From an uncultured Eubacterium sp. (GTDB lineage: Bacteria > Bacillota > Clostridia > Oscillospirales > Acutalibacteraceae), in contig NZ_CAKTGT010000007.1 of the NCBI RefSeq assembly GCF_934561735.1, positions 32,208 through 96,207 on the forward strand: a DNA stretch of 64,000 nucleotides. Reading direction: 5' to 3'. Of this stretch, positions 1 through 10,135 are shown in pieces. The position numbers and the translations under genes were made by a program. Below the pieces are notes generated by a model that saw only the letters and a list, made by a program, of their open reading frames with translations, had not been told where the DNA came from and did not search any database. Each line of letters begins with the position of its first letter. Within the stretch, counting starts at the first letter, position 1.

Positions 1-1009
1 TCTGTGCAAACAGCATAACTGCAATGCCTCCGCACATCAGGTATCCAACATTATCTCTTGCATTCATAGCGATTTTGATAACTCTCAAAACAAGGAAGAA
101 CAAAATCAGCAGGGCAGCCATTGTGCCCACAAATCCAAATTCTTCACCTGCAACGGTAAGCACCATATCGCTTTCGTTAACAGGAACCGCACCGCTTTGC
201 GTCATATTTCCGTGCAAAAAGCCTTGCCCGAAAAGTCCGCCCGAACCCATTGCGATTTTGCCGTTTATTTGCTGATACATAGCGTCTGCGTATTGTTCAG
301 GGTAGAACAAAGCAACGATTCTCTGCCTTTGAATACCGTCAATTATACCCACTTTCCAAGCAACCGCAAAACCAACGAATATCGCACAAAAACCTGCAAT
401 GAAGTATCCGATATTAACTCTTGACAGGAACAGCATACCGATGAACATAACGAGGAAAATAAGTGCCGAGCCTGCGTCACCCGTAAGCAGTACAAGACCG
501 ACAGGAATTGCACCGTGGATTACAAGCGGAATAATCGTTTTCAGCTTATTTATTTTATCTCTGACCAAATCAAGATGGTAGGAAAACGAAATAATAAATC
601 CTACTTTCATCAGTTCTGACGGTTGAAAATAAAAGACTTTGAGGTCAATCCAGCATTTTGAATCGGGTCGTGATTCGGGTGCAACACCGAAGAAAAAAGT
701 AAATATCATCAGCCCGACACAACCGGCGGCGACAATCGGCCACAACTTTGATATAACATCATAGTCGATGTTTGAAACTGCAATAGAAATAACAAAGCCG
801 ATTATAATCGAAACAAGCATTGACCTTACATCACTTGATATAACTTTTCCGCCTGAAAGTGAAGAATACGATGCACTGTACACAAGCATAAGTCCGTAGA
901 TTGATGCCGCAAGTGCCGTAAACATAGTTAAAAAGTCCGTGCCTTTAATCATGTTCCATATTGAATTTCTCCGTTTTAATCTGCCGGAGTCAACTGCTAA
1001 AGTTGCCAT
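1..1009 (-). CDS. FtsW/RodA/SpoVE-family (SEDS) peptidoglycan polymerase, 3' end outside the window
   Basis: Not in the ORF track. Manual minus-strand translation from ATG at 1009 (SD GGAGG upstream) gives MATLAVDSGRLKRR..., with SEDS motifs FQPSELMK, GDAGSA, IAMGSGGLFGQG and VAGEEFGFVG. Confidence 0.9.
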   Translation of the reverse strand, partial: MATLAVDSGRLKRRNSIWNMIKGTDFLTMFTALAASIYGLMLVYSASYSSLSGGKVISSDVRSMLVSIIIGFVISIAVSNIDYDVISKLWPIVAAGCVGLMIFTFFFGVAPESRPDSKCWIDLKVFYFQPSELMKVGFIISFSYHLDLVRDKINKLKTIIPLVIHGAIPVGLVLLTGDAGSALIFLVMFIGMLFLSRVNIGYFIAGFCAIFVGFAVAWKVGIIDGIQRQRIVALFYPEQYADAMYQQINGKIAMGSGGLFGQGFLHGNMTQSGAVPVNESDMVLTVAGEEFGFVGTMAALLILFFLVLRVIKIAMNARDNVGYLMCGGIAVMLFAQ

Positions 1010-1038
1010 CGCACTCCTCCTTTCGCAGTAATATATTT

Positions 1039-1067
1039 ATTATATTATGTATTCTCCTATTTTTCAA
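1039..1067 (-). promoter_or_regulatory. sigmaA-type promoter of the SEDS gene
   Basis: TTGAAA-17 bp-TATAAT on the minus strand. Confidence 0.6.
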
Positions 1068-1088
1068 TATAAATAATAAATTTTTATG

Positions 1089-1117
1089 TTGGAATGTTTT
1101 ACAATATGTGTTATAAT
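1089..1117 (+). promoter_or_regulatory. sigmaA-type promoter of the fhs operon
   Basis: TTGGAA-17 bp-TATAAT with extended -10 TG. Confidence 0.6.
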
Positions 1118-1148
1118 ATATTGCACTAATACATATGGAGAGATTATT

Positions 1149-2816
1149 ATGCTCACAGATATTGAAATTGCTCAAAACGCAAAAATGAAGGATATTAACG
1201 AAATTGCCGCTTCTCTCGGCATTTCGTCTGATGAAATAGACCCTTACGGTCACTATAAAGCAAAAATTTCCGATTCTGTTATGGAAAGATTAAAGGATAA
1301 AAAGGACGGCAAACTTATTCTCGTAACCGCTGTAAATCCCACTCCGGCAGGTGAGGGCAAAACAACGGTTTCTATCGGCCTCGGCGAAGCTATGAGTCAA
1401 ATCGGCAAAAAAGCTATTATCGCACTTCGTGAGCCGTCACTCGGTCCTGTCTTTGGCATCAAAGGCGGTGCGGCAGGCGGCGGATATTCGCAGGTTGTGC
1501 CTATGGAGGATATCAATCTTCACTTCACAGGCGATATGCACGCAATCACATCGGCAAACAACTTGATGTGTGCAATGCTTGACAATTCTATTCAGCAGGG
1601 TAATGAACTCAATATTGACCCAAGAAGAATTCAGGTTAAGCGTTGCCTCGATATGAACGACCGTGCACTTCGTAATATTATCAATTCGCTTGGCGGCAAA
1701 CTCAACGGTATTCCTCGTGAGGACCATTTTTGCATCACTGTTGCAAGCGAGGTTATGGCGATTCTTTGCCTTGCCTCCGATTTGTTTGATTTGAGAGAAA
1801 GACTCGGCAATATTCTTGTTGCTTACACATTTGACGGTCAGCCTGTTTATTGCAAGGACATCAAGGCAAACGGAGCAATGACTGTTCTCCTCAAGGAGGC
1901 TATCAAGCCAAATCTTATTCAAACTCTTGAAAATACGCCTGCAATTATGCACGGCGGTCCGTTTGCAAATATTGCACACGGCTGTAATTCCGTTCGTGCC
2001 ACAAAAACAGCACTCAAACTTGCGGATTATACAATTACCGAAGCAGGTTTCGGCTCTGATCTCGGTGCTGAAAAGTTTATGGATATTAAGTGCCGTTTTG
2101 CCGGCTTAGCTCCGTCTTGCGTTGTTTTGGTTTCAACCGTTCGTTCAATGAAATATAACGGCGGCGTTGCAAAGGATGACCTCAAGGAAGAAAATCTTGA
2201 AGCACTCAAAAAGGGTAGCGTAAACCTCGGTGCTCATATCGATAACCTTAAAAAATTCGGCGTTCCCGTTGTTGTTGCAATCAATCATTTCTATGCCGAT
2301 ACCCAGGCAGAAATTGATTATATCGAGCAGTATTGCAAGGAAAAAGGCGCTGATTTTGCAGTAACCAAATGCTTTGCCGAGGGTGGCAAGGGCGGAACTG
2401 AGCTTGCTCAAAAGGTTGTTGAGGCTTGCGAAAAGGAAAATAACTTCCATTGCCTTTATGACCTTGATATGCCTGTTTATGAAAAAATCGAAACCATAGC
2501 AAAAGAGATTTACGGTGCAGACGGCGTAGATTATACAAAAGAAGCAAAGACGGCTATTGATGAATTTGTTAAACTCGGTGCCGATAAAATGCCTGTTTGT
2601 ATGGCAAAAACACAGTACAGTTTATCGGATAATCCAAAGCTTCTCGGTAAGCCGGAAAACTTCAGAATAACCGTTTCTTCGGCTTCTCTTTCAAACGGTG
2701 CCGGCTTCATCGTTTGTCAAACAGGTTCAATTATGACAATGCCGGGACTTTCAAAATCTCCTGCCGCTTACAGAATTGATATTGATGAAAACGGCAATAC
2801 GGTAGGTCTTTTCTGA
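1149..2816 (+). CDS. fhs: Formate--tetrahydrofolate ligase
   Basis: MLTDIEIAQ start after GGAG; motifs [48 protein letters not shown]. Confidence 0.97.
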   Translation: MLTDIEIAQNAKMKDINEIAASLGISSDEIDPYGHYKAKISDSVMERLKDKKDGKLILVTAVNPTPAGEGKTTVSIGLGEAMSQIGKKAIIALREPSLGPVFGIKGGAAGGGYSQVVPMEDINLHFTGDMHAITSANNLMCAMLDNSIQQGNELNIDPRRIQVKRCLDMNDRALRNIINSLGGKLNGIPREDHFCITVASEVMAILCLASDLFDLRERLGNILVAYTFDGQPVYCKDIKANGAMTVLLKEAIKPNLIQTLENTPAIMHGGPFANIAHGCNSVRATKTALKLADYTITEAGFGSDLGAEKFMDIKCRFAGLAPSCVVLVSTVRSMKYNGGVAKDDLKEENLEALKKGSVNLGAHIDNLKKFGVPVVVAINHFYADTQAEIDYIEQYCKEKGADFAVTKCFAEGGKGGTELAQKVVEACEKENNFHCLYDLDMPVYEKIETIAKEIYGADGVDYTKEAKTAIDEFVKLGADKMPVCMAKTQYSLSDNPKLLGKPENFRITVSSASLSNGAGFIVCQTGSIMTMPGLSKSPAAYRIDIDENGNTVGLF

Positions 2817-3253
2817 TGAAAGAGATTGTTACTCATAGCTATGAAGAAACGCTTGCTATGGCGAGCGATTATGCCAAAACATTGCCAAAAGGCAGTGTGA
2901 TTGGCTTTGTCGGCGGACTCGGTATGGGCAAAACAGCTTTTACAACGGGTTTTGTAAAAGGACTTGGCATCAATGCCGATGTGTCCTCACCAACCTTTGC
3001 CATATGTAATGATTATATCGGCAAAAATGCAAGGGTTTATCACTTTGATATGTATAGGGTTGAAAGCTGGGATGACCTTTATTCCACAGGCTTTTTCGAT
3101 TACCTCGAAACGGATGCCTATATCCTTGCCGAGTGGAGCGAAAATATTTTTGGTGCTCTGCCCGATGATGCCGTTATTATAGAAATAGAAAAAATTGATG
3201 AAAATACCCGTAGGTTTATTTTCAAATCAAAATCAGATTATATCGAGGATTGA
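2816..3253 (+). CDS. tsaE: tRNA t6A biosynthesis ATPase TsaE
   Basis: GGLGMGKT Walker A, VSSPTF, YHFDMYR, EW motifs; TGATG overlap with fhs. Confidence 0.95.
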   Translation: MKEIVTHSYEETLAMASDYAKTLPKGSVIGFVGGLGMGKTAFTTGFVKGLGINADVSSPTFAICNDYIGKNARVYHFDMYRVESWDDLYSTGFFDYLETDAYILAEWSENIFGALPDDAVIIEIEKIDENTRRFIFKSKSDYIED

Positions 3254-3254
3254 T

Positions 3255-3926
3255 ATGCTTTTATCAATGGATTCAAGTGCCGTCACAGCTTCCGTTGCTT
3301 TGACTGACGGCGATGAAATTATAAAAAGTGAATTTGTAAATTCGGGGCTCACTCATAGCGAAACATTGCTTCCTATGATTACAAGAGTTATGGACGGTTA
3401 TAAATACAGCGAACTTGACGGAATTGCAATTACAGCAGGTCCGGGTTCGTTTACAGGTGTTCGTATCGGCGTCGCAACCGTCAAAGGCCTTGCGTTTAAT
3501 GATGATATTCCGTGTTATTCCGTTTCAACATTGGAGGCAATAGCGTATAATTTTGTTGATGAAAATGCTGTTGTTTGTGCTGTTATGGATGCAAGAAGGA
3601 TGCAGTTCTATAATGCTTTGTTCAGAGTTCAAAACGGTAAGGTTGAGCGTCTTTGTGATGATAGGGCAATTTCTATCGAAGATTTACGAAACGAGCTTAA
3701 ACAGTACGATAAGGTTATTATCGCCGGTGACGGAGCAAATCTCTGCTTCCGAAATATCGAACTTGAGAATTGCTCTCTTGCCGATGATGACAGAATTTAT
3801 CAAAATGCCATAGGCGTTGCCAAGGCGGCAAAAAATAAAAATGCAATCTCTCCAAAGGCACTTATGCCTGTTTATTTAAGACAGAGCCAAGCCGAAAGAG
3901 AATTGAAATTAAAATTAAAAAGATAA
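3255..3926 (+). CDS. tsaB: tRNA t6A biosynthesis protein TsaB
   Basis: DSS...HSETLLP, GPGSFTGVRIG, STLEA, DARR, P.YLR.SQAER; start reassigned to ATG 3255. Confidence 0.95.
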   Translation: MLLSMDSSAVTASVALTDGDEIIKSEFVNSGLTHSETLLPMITRVMDGYKYSELDGIAITAGPGSFTGVRIGVATVKGLAFNDDIPCYSVSTLEAIAYNFVDENAVVCAVMDARRMQFYNALFRVQNGKVERLCDDRAISIEDLRNELKQYDKVIIAGDGANLCFRNIELENCSLADDDRIYQNAIGVAKAAKNKNAISPKALMPVYLRQSQAERELKLKLKR

Positions 3927-3937
3927 GGAGAATAATT

Positions 3938-4390
3938 ATGACAATAGTTTTAGGTTCGGACCACGCAGGTTTTCCTCTTAAAGAGGCTGTTCGTGCTCAT
4001 TTTGAAGAAAAGGGGATTGACTATATCGATGTGGGTTGTTATTCTCCGGAAAGATTTGATTATGCCGTTTCGGCTCAAATCGCATGTGATAAGGTGTCTG
4101 CTGGTGAAGCCGATATGGCAATTCTTTGTTGCGGCACGGGTGTTGGCATTTCTATGGCGGCAAATAAGGTAAAGGGTATCAGAGCTTGCTGTTGCAGCGA
4201 TTATTTCAGTGCAAAGTTCACTCGACTTCACAACGATGCAAACTGCCTTTGCATGGGTGCCCGTGTAATCGGTGAGGGCACAGCACTTGAACTCGTTGAT
4301 GTGTTTATCAACACAAAGTTTGAGGGCGGCCGCCATCAAACAAGAATTGACCAAATTACAGCTATCGAAAACGGCGAAAAATTATATTAA
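3938..4390 (+). CDS. rpiB: Ribose-5-phosphate isomerase B
   Basis: GSDHAG, CGTGVG.S..ANK, HNDAN, FEGGRH motifs. Confidence 0.95.
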   Translation: MTIVLGSDHAGFPLKEAVRAHFEEKGIDYIDVGCYSPERFDYAVSAQIACDKVSAGEADMAILCCGTGVGISMAANKVKGIRACCCSDYFSAKFTRLHNDANCLCMGARVIGEGTALELVDVFINTKFEGGRHQTRIDQITAIENGEKLY

Positions 4391-4403
4391 TTCAAACCTT
4401 TTT

Positions 4404-4512
4404 AGGCTCCTCTTATGTAAGGTGATTCCCCCGTTAATCGGGGGAAATGTCTGCAACGCAGACAAAAGGGGGCGTCTACGCAGTAAAGCTGTCGTACTTT
4501 ATGACGACTGAG
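4404..4512. repeat. GC-rich intergenic palindromic (REP-like) element, apparently nested
   Basis: Hairpins TTCCCCCG-ttaat-CGGGGGAA (4426-4446), TGTCTGC-aac-GCAGACA (4448-4464) and GTCGT...ACGAC (4491-4508) within an AT-rich intergenic region. Confidence 0.6.
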
Positions 4513-4553
4513 AAAATAAAAGGAATAACCTTCGGCATTTCGTTATAAAAAAC

Positions 4554-4586
4554 AACCCCGTAGCTTCATTGAAACTACGGGGTTTT
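4554..4586. terminator. Bidirectional intrinsic terminator between rpiB and the lipoprotein gene
   Basis: AACCCCGTAG...CTACGGGGTT stem flanked by A and T runs, between convergent genes. Confidence 0.8.
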
Positions 4587-4599
4587 ATGTTTGTTTAGT

Positions 4600-5562
4600 T
4601 TATGACCATCTCATCGCTTTGATACTGAAACCGAGCGAGCTGTCAAGCCTGTTCTTTTGAATGACAGCCACAACGCTTGATTTGTCGCAACCCGAAACAC
4701 TTGCGGTAATTTTATAGTAGTTGTTGTTATTCTTTTGAGAATATTCTTCAACCTTTGTAATGCTTACTTTTTGCTTTTCGTTTTCCGCACCCGGAATGGT
4801 GAAAGTATCGTTTTCGGAATTGTATGTAATTGAACTGTTGCTTCCGCATTCGTTTTTGAAGTTAACAACAGTTTGTCCAAAGTATTTAAAAAGTCCGAGA
4901 ACTATTGTACCAGATGCGTATGTCTTTGTGTTGAGGTTTTCTCTTTGAGCCATCCACACAGCAGCGTGTTTTGCTGCTTCAAGCGGAACACCGCTTGAGT
5001 TTTCGTAGTTTGAAGAGTAGATACCTGGAACATCAAGCATAGCTTCAATAACTTTTATTTCGTCTTCGGTAAAAGAGGCACTTTTTGTGCTGTCGTCAAT
5101 TTTTGGCACTATGTCTTTGGATGGGTCAACCGTTGTGATTTCCGTTGTTGATTCTTCAGGAAGAGTAACGATTGTGGTTTTGTTTGAACCGCCCGAATTG
5201 TTTGAATTGTTTGAATTGTTTTTCTTTGTTGTGGTTGCTACCGTAACCGGATTCTTATGCTTGTCGGTAACAATTTCGCCGTTGTCGTCAACTTTAACGG
5301 TTATTTTGTTGCCCTTTTTATCGGTCGTTTCCTTGTACATTACCTGAGTTGTTACAGGTTTTCCGTCTTTGTCCGTAACCGTTTCTCCGTTTTTGTCGGT
5401 TACAACTTCTTCTGCAATTTCAAAGCTGTCCTGGTTGTTTATCAATCCGTCAACCGCTGTGGTTGCAGCTGTTTTTTCGTCATTTTTGGATTTTGAGCAA
5501 CCTATCATTGCAACAGAAACCGCTATTGTAGTCGCAAGAACTACCGCTATTGCTTTTCTCAT
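4600..5562 (-). CDS. Lipoprotein of unknown function with VTDxxG repeats and a Thr/Asn-rich linker
   Basis: Signal peptide with lipobox-like MIG-C; SD GAGGTG; repeats VTDKNG/VTDKDG/TTDKKG/VTDKHK. Confidence 0.85.
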   Translation of the reverse strand: MRKAIAVVLATTIAVSVAMIGCSKSKNDEKTAATTAVDGLINNQDSFEIAEEVVTDKNGETVTDKDGKPVTTQVMYKETTDKKGNKITVKVDDNGEIVTDKHKNPVTVATTTKKNNSNNSNNSGGSNKTTIVTLPEESTTEITTVDPSKDIVPKIDDSTKSASFTEDEIKVIEAMLDVPGIYSSNYENSSGVPLEAAKHAAVWMAQRENLNTKTYASGTIVLGLFKYFGQTVVNFKNECGSNSSITYNSENDTFTIPGAENEKQKVSITKVEEYSQKNNNNYYKITASVSGCDKSSVVAVIQKNRLDSSLGFSIKAMRWS

Positions 5563-5742
5563 TTAAACACCTCTTGTGTAATTGTTTAGTTAAATTATAA
5601 TTAATTTGCTCATTTTTGTAAATACCTCTCAATGAATTCAAAACAAATATTTATAATTTGGTAATAATGTTTACGATTAATTCACAACTTAATAATTTTG
5701 TTTGGTATAATATGTAATACAAACAAAAAGGAGGCGATAAAT

Positions 5743-6270
5743 TTGAAAAATTCAAAGGTTATAGCATATTCCGGTGTAGCAACGGCTCTGTCGGTTGTTA
5801 TGCTCTTTTTAGGCTCGATTGTTTGGGTGCTCGGTTACACTATGCCTCTTGTTGCAAGCCTTATTATGATTGTGCTTTTGGAGTCGGTTTCAAAAAAGAG
5901 TGCATTGCTTACTTTTGTGTCAACTTCCGTTATTTCTTTTATTCTTCTGAATGATAAAGAATGTGTGCTCCTTTATGTATTGTTTTTTGGCTATTATCCA
6001 TTAATCAGAGATAAACTTAATGATATAAAACCAAAACTTATGTCGTATCTTCTAAAATTCGTTAGTTTTAACGCCGCAATGGTTCTCACTCAAATTTTAT
6101 GCGTTTATGTATTCGGCATACCGTTTGATGATATGCTCGGTAAGTGGGGGATTGTTGTATTTGCACTTTGCCTAAATCTTGTTTTTATTGTCTTTGACAA
6201 GCTGTATACTTTACTCCTTAGACTGTATAGAATTAAGTTAAAGAAAAAAGTTGAAAAATATATAAAATAA
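5743..6270 (+). CDS. Integral membrane protein (about 5 TM), function unknown
   Basis: TTG start after AAGGAGG; hydrophobic throughout; FFGYYPLI motif. Confidence 0.8.
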   Translation: MKNSKVIAYSGVATALSVVMLFLGSIVWVLGYTMPLVASLIMIVLLESVSKKSALLTFVSTSVISFILLNDKECVLLYVLFFGYYPLIRDKLNDIKPKLMSYLLKFVSFNAAMVLTQILCVYVFGIPFDDMLGKWGIVVFALCLNLVFIVFDKLYTLLLRLYRIKLKKKVEKYIK

Positions 6271-6282
6271 TCAAATATTTTG

Positions 6283-6311
6283 TTGAATTATAAGTAATGA
6301 TTTTGTATAAT
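6283..6311 (+). promoter_or_regulatory. sigmaA-type promoter of the arabinose operon
   Basis: TTGAAT-17 bp-TATAAT. Confidence 0.65.
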
Positions 6312-6339
6312 AAACTATATATTATTTAGGGGATAGTTT

Positions 6340-7914
6340 ATGATGAATTATACACTTAACGGTACGGAGTCTTTGGGTATAGAATTCGGTTCAACCCGAA
6401 TAAAAGCTGTGCTTATTGACAAGGATTTTAACCCTATCGCTTCAGGCTCCCATACTTGGGAAAATCAGCTTGTAAACGGCATTTGGACCTACAGCCTTGA
6501 TGATGTTTGGTCAGGGCTTCAGGATGCTTATAAAGACCTTAATAATGATTGTGAAAGTAAGTTCGGCTCAAAAATCACAAATCTTGCGTCGCTCGGCTTT
6601 TCCGCTATGATGCACGGCTATCTTCCGTTTGATAAAGACGGCAATCAGCTTTGCGAATTCAGAACTTGGCGTAACACGATTACAGGCGAGGCGGCTAAGG
6701 AACTTACGGAGCTTTTTGATTTTAACATTCCGCAAAGATGGAGCATTGCTCATTTGTATCAGGCAATTCTCAACGGTGAGGAGCATACAAAAAATATCGC
6801 TTTTCTTACAACTCTTGCAGGATATGTTCACTTCAAGCTGTCGGGGCAGAAGGTTGTCGGTGTCGGCGAAGCGTCAGGTATGTTCCCTATAGACAGCACC
6901 GTTAACGATTATAATTCCCAAATGGCAAAAAAGTTCAATGCTATCCCTAAGGTTAAAGAACTTGGCATTGATATTCTTCAAATTTTGCCAAAGGTTCTTG
7001 TGGCAGGTGAAAATGCCGGTACTCTCACCGAAGACGGTGCAAGACTTCTTGACCCCTCGGGCACTCTTAAATCGGGTGTTCCTATGGCACCTCCAGAGGG
7101 CGATGCCGGAACGGGTATGACCGCTACCAATGCAATAGCTGTTAAAACGGGTAATGTCAGTGCAGGTACTTCGATTTTTTCAATGGTTGTTCTTGAAAAT
7201 CAGCTTTCAAAGGTTTATGAAGAAATTGATATGGTAACAACTCCTGTCGGCAAGCCGGTTGCAATGGTGCACTGCAATAACTGTTGCACGGACCTTGATT
7301 ATTGGGTAAATGTTTTCGGTCAGTTTGCTTCTGCCGTCGGAAAGCAAATTTCCAAGCCGGAGCTTTATGACGCTTTGTATGAGGCCGCACTTTACGGTGA
7401 GCCTGATGCAGGCGGACTTGTTAATATAAATTATTTTTCAGGCGAACCAGTTTCTCACACAGAGGACGGCAGACCGCTTTTTGTAAGAACGCAGGGTGCA
7501 AATTTCAATCTTGCAAACTTTATGCGTTCGCAAATTTATTCAACAATGGCAACCCTCAAAATCGGTATGGAAATTCTTGAAAAAGAAAATGTTACTATCG
7601 ATTGCCTTATGGGTCACGGCGGACTTTTCAAAACTCCGCTCGTCGGTCAAAAACTTATGGCAGGTGCAATGAATTGTCCTGTTGCCGTTATGAAAACAGC
7701 AGGCGAGGGCGGAGCCTGGGGTATGGCTGTCCTTGCAAAATATGTTGTTGACGGTGTTGAACCGCTCGACGAATATCTCAATAACAAAGTGTTCGTAAAC
7801 AGCGAATGTAAAACCGTTGCACCCGATGAAAACGATGTAAACGGCTTTAATGAATATATGAAATTATATAAGTCGGCACTCAAAGCAGAAATTGCCGCTT
7901 ATGAAAATATTTAA
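6340..7914 (+). CDS. araB: FGGY-family carbohydrate kinase, probable L-ribulokinase (AraK/AraB type)
   Basis: [36 protein letters not shown] motifs; adjacent to araA and araD. Confidence 0.85.
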   Translation: MMNYTLNGTESLGIEFGSTRIKAVLIDKDFNPIASGSHTWENQLVNGIWTYSLDDVWSGLQDAYKDLNNDCESKFGSKITNLASLGFSAMMHGYLPFDKDGNQLCEFRTWRNTITGEAAKELTELFDFNIPQRWSIAHLYQAILNGEEHTKNIAFLTTLAGYVHFKLSGQKVVGVGEASGMFPIDSTVNDYNSQMAKKFNAIPKVKELGIDILQILPKVLVAGENAGTLTEDGARLLDPSGTLKSGVPMAPPEGDAGTGMTATNAIAVKTGNVSAGTSIFSMVVLENQLSKVYEEIDMVTTPVGKPVAMVHCNNCCTDLDYWVNVFGQFASAVGKQISKPELYDALYEAALYGEPDAGGLVNINYFSGEPVSHTEDGRPLFVRTQGANFNLANFMRSQIYSTMATLKIGMEILEKENVTIDCLMGHGGLFKTPLVGQKLMAGAMNCPVAVMKTAGEGGAWGMAVLAKYVVDGVEPLDEYLNNKVFVNSECKTVAPDENDVNGFNEYMKLYKSALKAEIAAYENI

Positions 7915-7925
7915 GGAGAATAACA

Positions 7926-9398
7926 ATGGCATTTAAAGATTATGAATTTTGGTTCGTAGTAGGCACTCAGTTCCTTTACGGCGAAGATATTTTTGAAACT
8001 ATCAATTCTCACGCAACAGAAATGGCAGACGAATGGAGCAAAAAACTCCCTTGTAAGGTTGTTGCAAAGCCTTGTGTAAAAACATCAAAAGAAATTTTGG
8101 ATGTTATGCAGGCGGCAAACAATGATGAGCACTGTGCAGGTGTTATCACATGGATGCACACTTTTTCTCCGTCTAAAATGTGGATTGCGGGATTTAATGC
8201 TCTCAAAAAGCCGTTTCTTCATGTAAATACCCAATATAACCGTGATATTCCGTGGCAGGATATTGATATGGACTTTATGAATCTCAATCAGTCCGCACAC
8301 GGTGACAGAGAACACGGCTATATTGCCGCTCGTATGAGATTAAAGCAAAAGGCGGTTGCAGGCTATTGGAAAGATGAAACCGTTCAGGATAAAATCGGCA
8401 CTTGGATGAGAGCCGCAGTCGGTGCTATGGAAAGCCGAAAACTTCGTGTTCTTCGTATTTCAGACAATATGCGTAATGTAGCAGTAACCGACGGCGATAA
8501 GATTGAAGCACAGATTAAACTCGGTTGGCAGGTTGACCACTACGGCGTGGGTGATATTATTAAACTCGTTAATGCCGTTACCGACGATGAAATCGACGCT
8601 CAAATGGCTGAATATGAAAAGAATTATATTATGGATACCGACAATATTGATGCCGTAAGGTATCAGGCAAGGGAAGAAGTTGCAATCAAAAAGTTCCTTG
8701 AAAAAGAGGGCTTTGGTGCATTCCATACAAACTTTGAAGATTTACAGGAGCTTCGTCAGCTTCCGGGTCTTGCCGCTCAGGACCTTATGCGTCAGGGCTA
8801 CGGCTTCGGTGCAGAGGGCGACTGGAAAGTTGCCGCTATGACCCGTGTTATGAAACTTATGGCAGAGGGTATGCAGGGCGGTACAGCCTTTATGGAAGAT
8901 TATACATATCATTTTGAGCCAGGCAACGAGATGCTCCTTGGTTCACATATGCTTGAGGTTTGCCCAACCGTTGCGGCAGAAAAAGCAAAAATTCAGGTTC
9001 ACCCTCTCGGTATAGGCGACAGAGAAGACCCTGCCCGTTTGGTATTCAAGGCTCAAACAGGCAATGCGATTGTTGTCACTCTTGTTGATATGGGCGACAG
9101 ACTTCGTATGATTGTCAATGATGTTGAATGTAAGGAACAGGTAAACGATATGCCAAAACTTCCTGTTGCAGGTGTTTTGTGGAAGCCGCTCCCTTGCCTT
9201 CAAACTTCGGCAGAAGCATGGATGTATGCCGGCGGTGCACATCACAGCGTACTTTCGTATTCACTTAATGCAGAACATATGCGTGATTTTGCCGAAATTA
9301 TGGGTATTGAGTTTATACATATCAATAAGGACACAGAGATTAACGAATTCAGAAAAGAATTGTTTTATAACGATGTTGCATACAAACTCGGTATGTAA
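7926..9398 (+). CDS. araA: L-arabinose isomerase
   Basis: WMHTFSP, MNLNQSAHGDRE, GFGAEGDWK, FMEDYTY, HMLEVCP, GGAHH. Confidence 0.97.
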   Translation: MAFKDYEFWFVVGTQFLYGEDIFETINSHATEMADEWSKKLPCKVVAKPCVKTSKEILDVMQAANNDEHCAGVITWMHTFSPSKMWIAGFNALKKPFLHVNTQYNRDIPWQDIDMDFMNLNQSAHGDREHGYIAARMRLKQKAVAGYWKDETVQDKIGTWMRAAVGAMESRKLRVLRISDNMRNVAVTDGDKIEAQIKLGWQVDHYGVGDIIKLVNAVTDDEIDAQMAEYEKNYIMDTDNIDAVRYQAREEVAIKKFLEKEGFGAFHTNFEDLQELRQLPGLAAQDLMRQGYGFGAEGDWKVAAMTRVMKLMAEGMQGGTAFMEDYTYHFEPGNEMLLGSHMLEVCPTVAAEKAKIQVHPLGIGDREDPARLVFKAQTGNAIVVTLVDMGDRLRMIVNDVECKEQVNDMPKLPVAGVLWKPLPCLQTSAEAWMYAGGAHHSVLSYSLNAEHMRDFAEIMGIEFIHINKDTEINEFRKELFYNDVAYKLGM

Positions 9399-9407
9399 GG
9401 AGTAAAA

Positions 9408-10121
9408 ATGTTAGAAGCGTTAAAAAAAGAAGTATTTGAACAAAATTTAAAACTTGTTGAGTACGGTTTGGTTGTGCTTACTTGGGGTAATGTATCGGCT
9501 ATTGACCGTGAAAGCGGACTTTTTGTAATAAAGCCGTCGGGTGTGCCATATAGTAAAATGACTGCCGATGATATGGTTGTTATGGACCTTGAGGGTAATA
9601 AGGTTGAGGGTAAACTCAATCCGTCTTCCGATACGCCTACTCATATGGAACTATACAGAAATTTTAAAGATATAGGCGGCGTTGTTCATACTCATTCGTC
9701 TTGGGGATGCTCATGGGCACAGGCAGGCAGAGATGTTCCGGCTTACGGCACAACTCATGCCGATTTTGCCAACGGTGCCGTTCCTTGTACAAGAGGGCTC
9801 ACCAAGGAAGAGGTTGAGTCGGCATATGAACTTAATACCGGTAAGGTTATAGTTGAAGAATTTGCCAAAAGAGGCATTTCTCCTGAGGAGTGCCCGGCTG
9901 TTCTTATTCATCGTCACGGCCCTTTTACATGGGGCAAAAATGCCGAAAAAGCAGTTGAAAATGCCCTGATTTTGGAGGAAGTATGCAAAATGGCATACAG
10001 AACCGAATCCGTTGCGTCATTAAGCAAGGATTCAAATATCGGAATAGAAGATTATCTCCTTGACAAGCATTATGAGCGTAAGCACGGCAAAAACGCTTAT
10101 TACGGTCAGGGAAATAAATAG
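9408..10121 (+). CDS. araD: L-ribulose-5-phosphate 4-epimerase
   Basis: TWGNVS, IKPSGV, PSSDTPTH, HTHS, HGPFTWG, RKHG.NAYYGQ. Confidence 0.96.
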   Translation: MLEALKKEVFEQNLKLVEYGLVVLTWGNVSAIDRESGLFVIKPSGVPYSKMTADDMVVMDLEGNKVEGKLNPSSDTPTHMELYRNFKDIGGVVHTHSSWGCSWAQAGRDVPAYGTTHADFANGAVPCTRGLTKEEVESAYELNTGKVIVEEFAKRGISPEECPAVLIHRHGPFTWGKNAEKAVENALILEEVCKMAYRTESVASLSKDSNIGIEDYLLDKHYERKHGKNAYYGQGNK

Positions 10122-10135
10122 GAGGACAATATATA

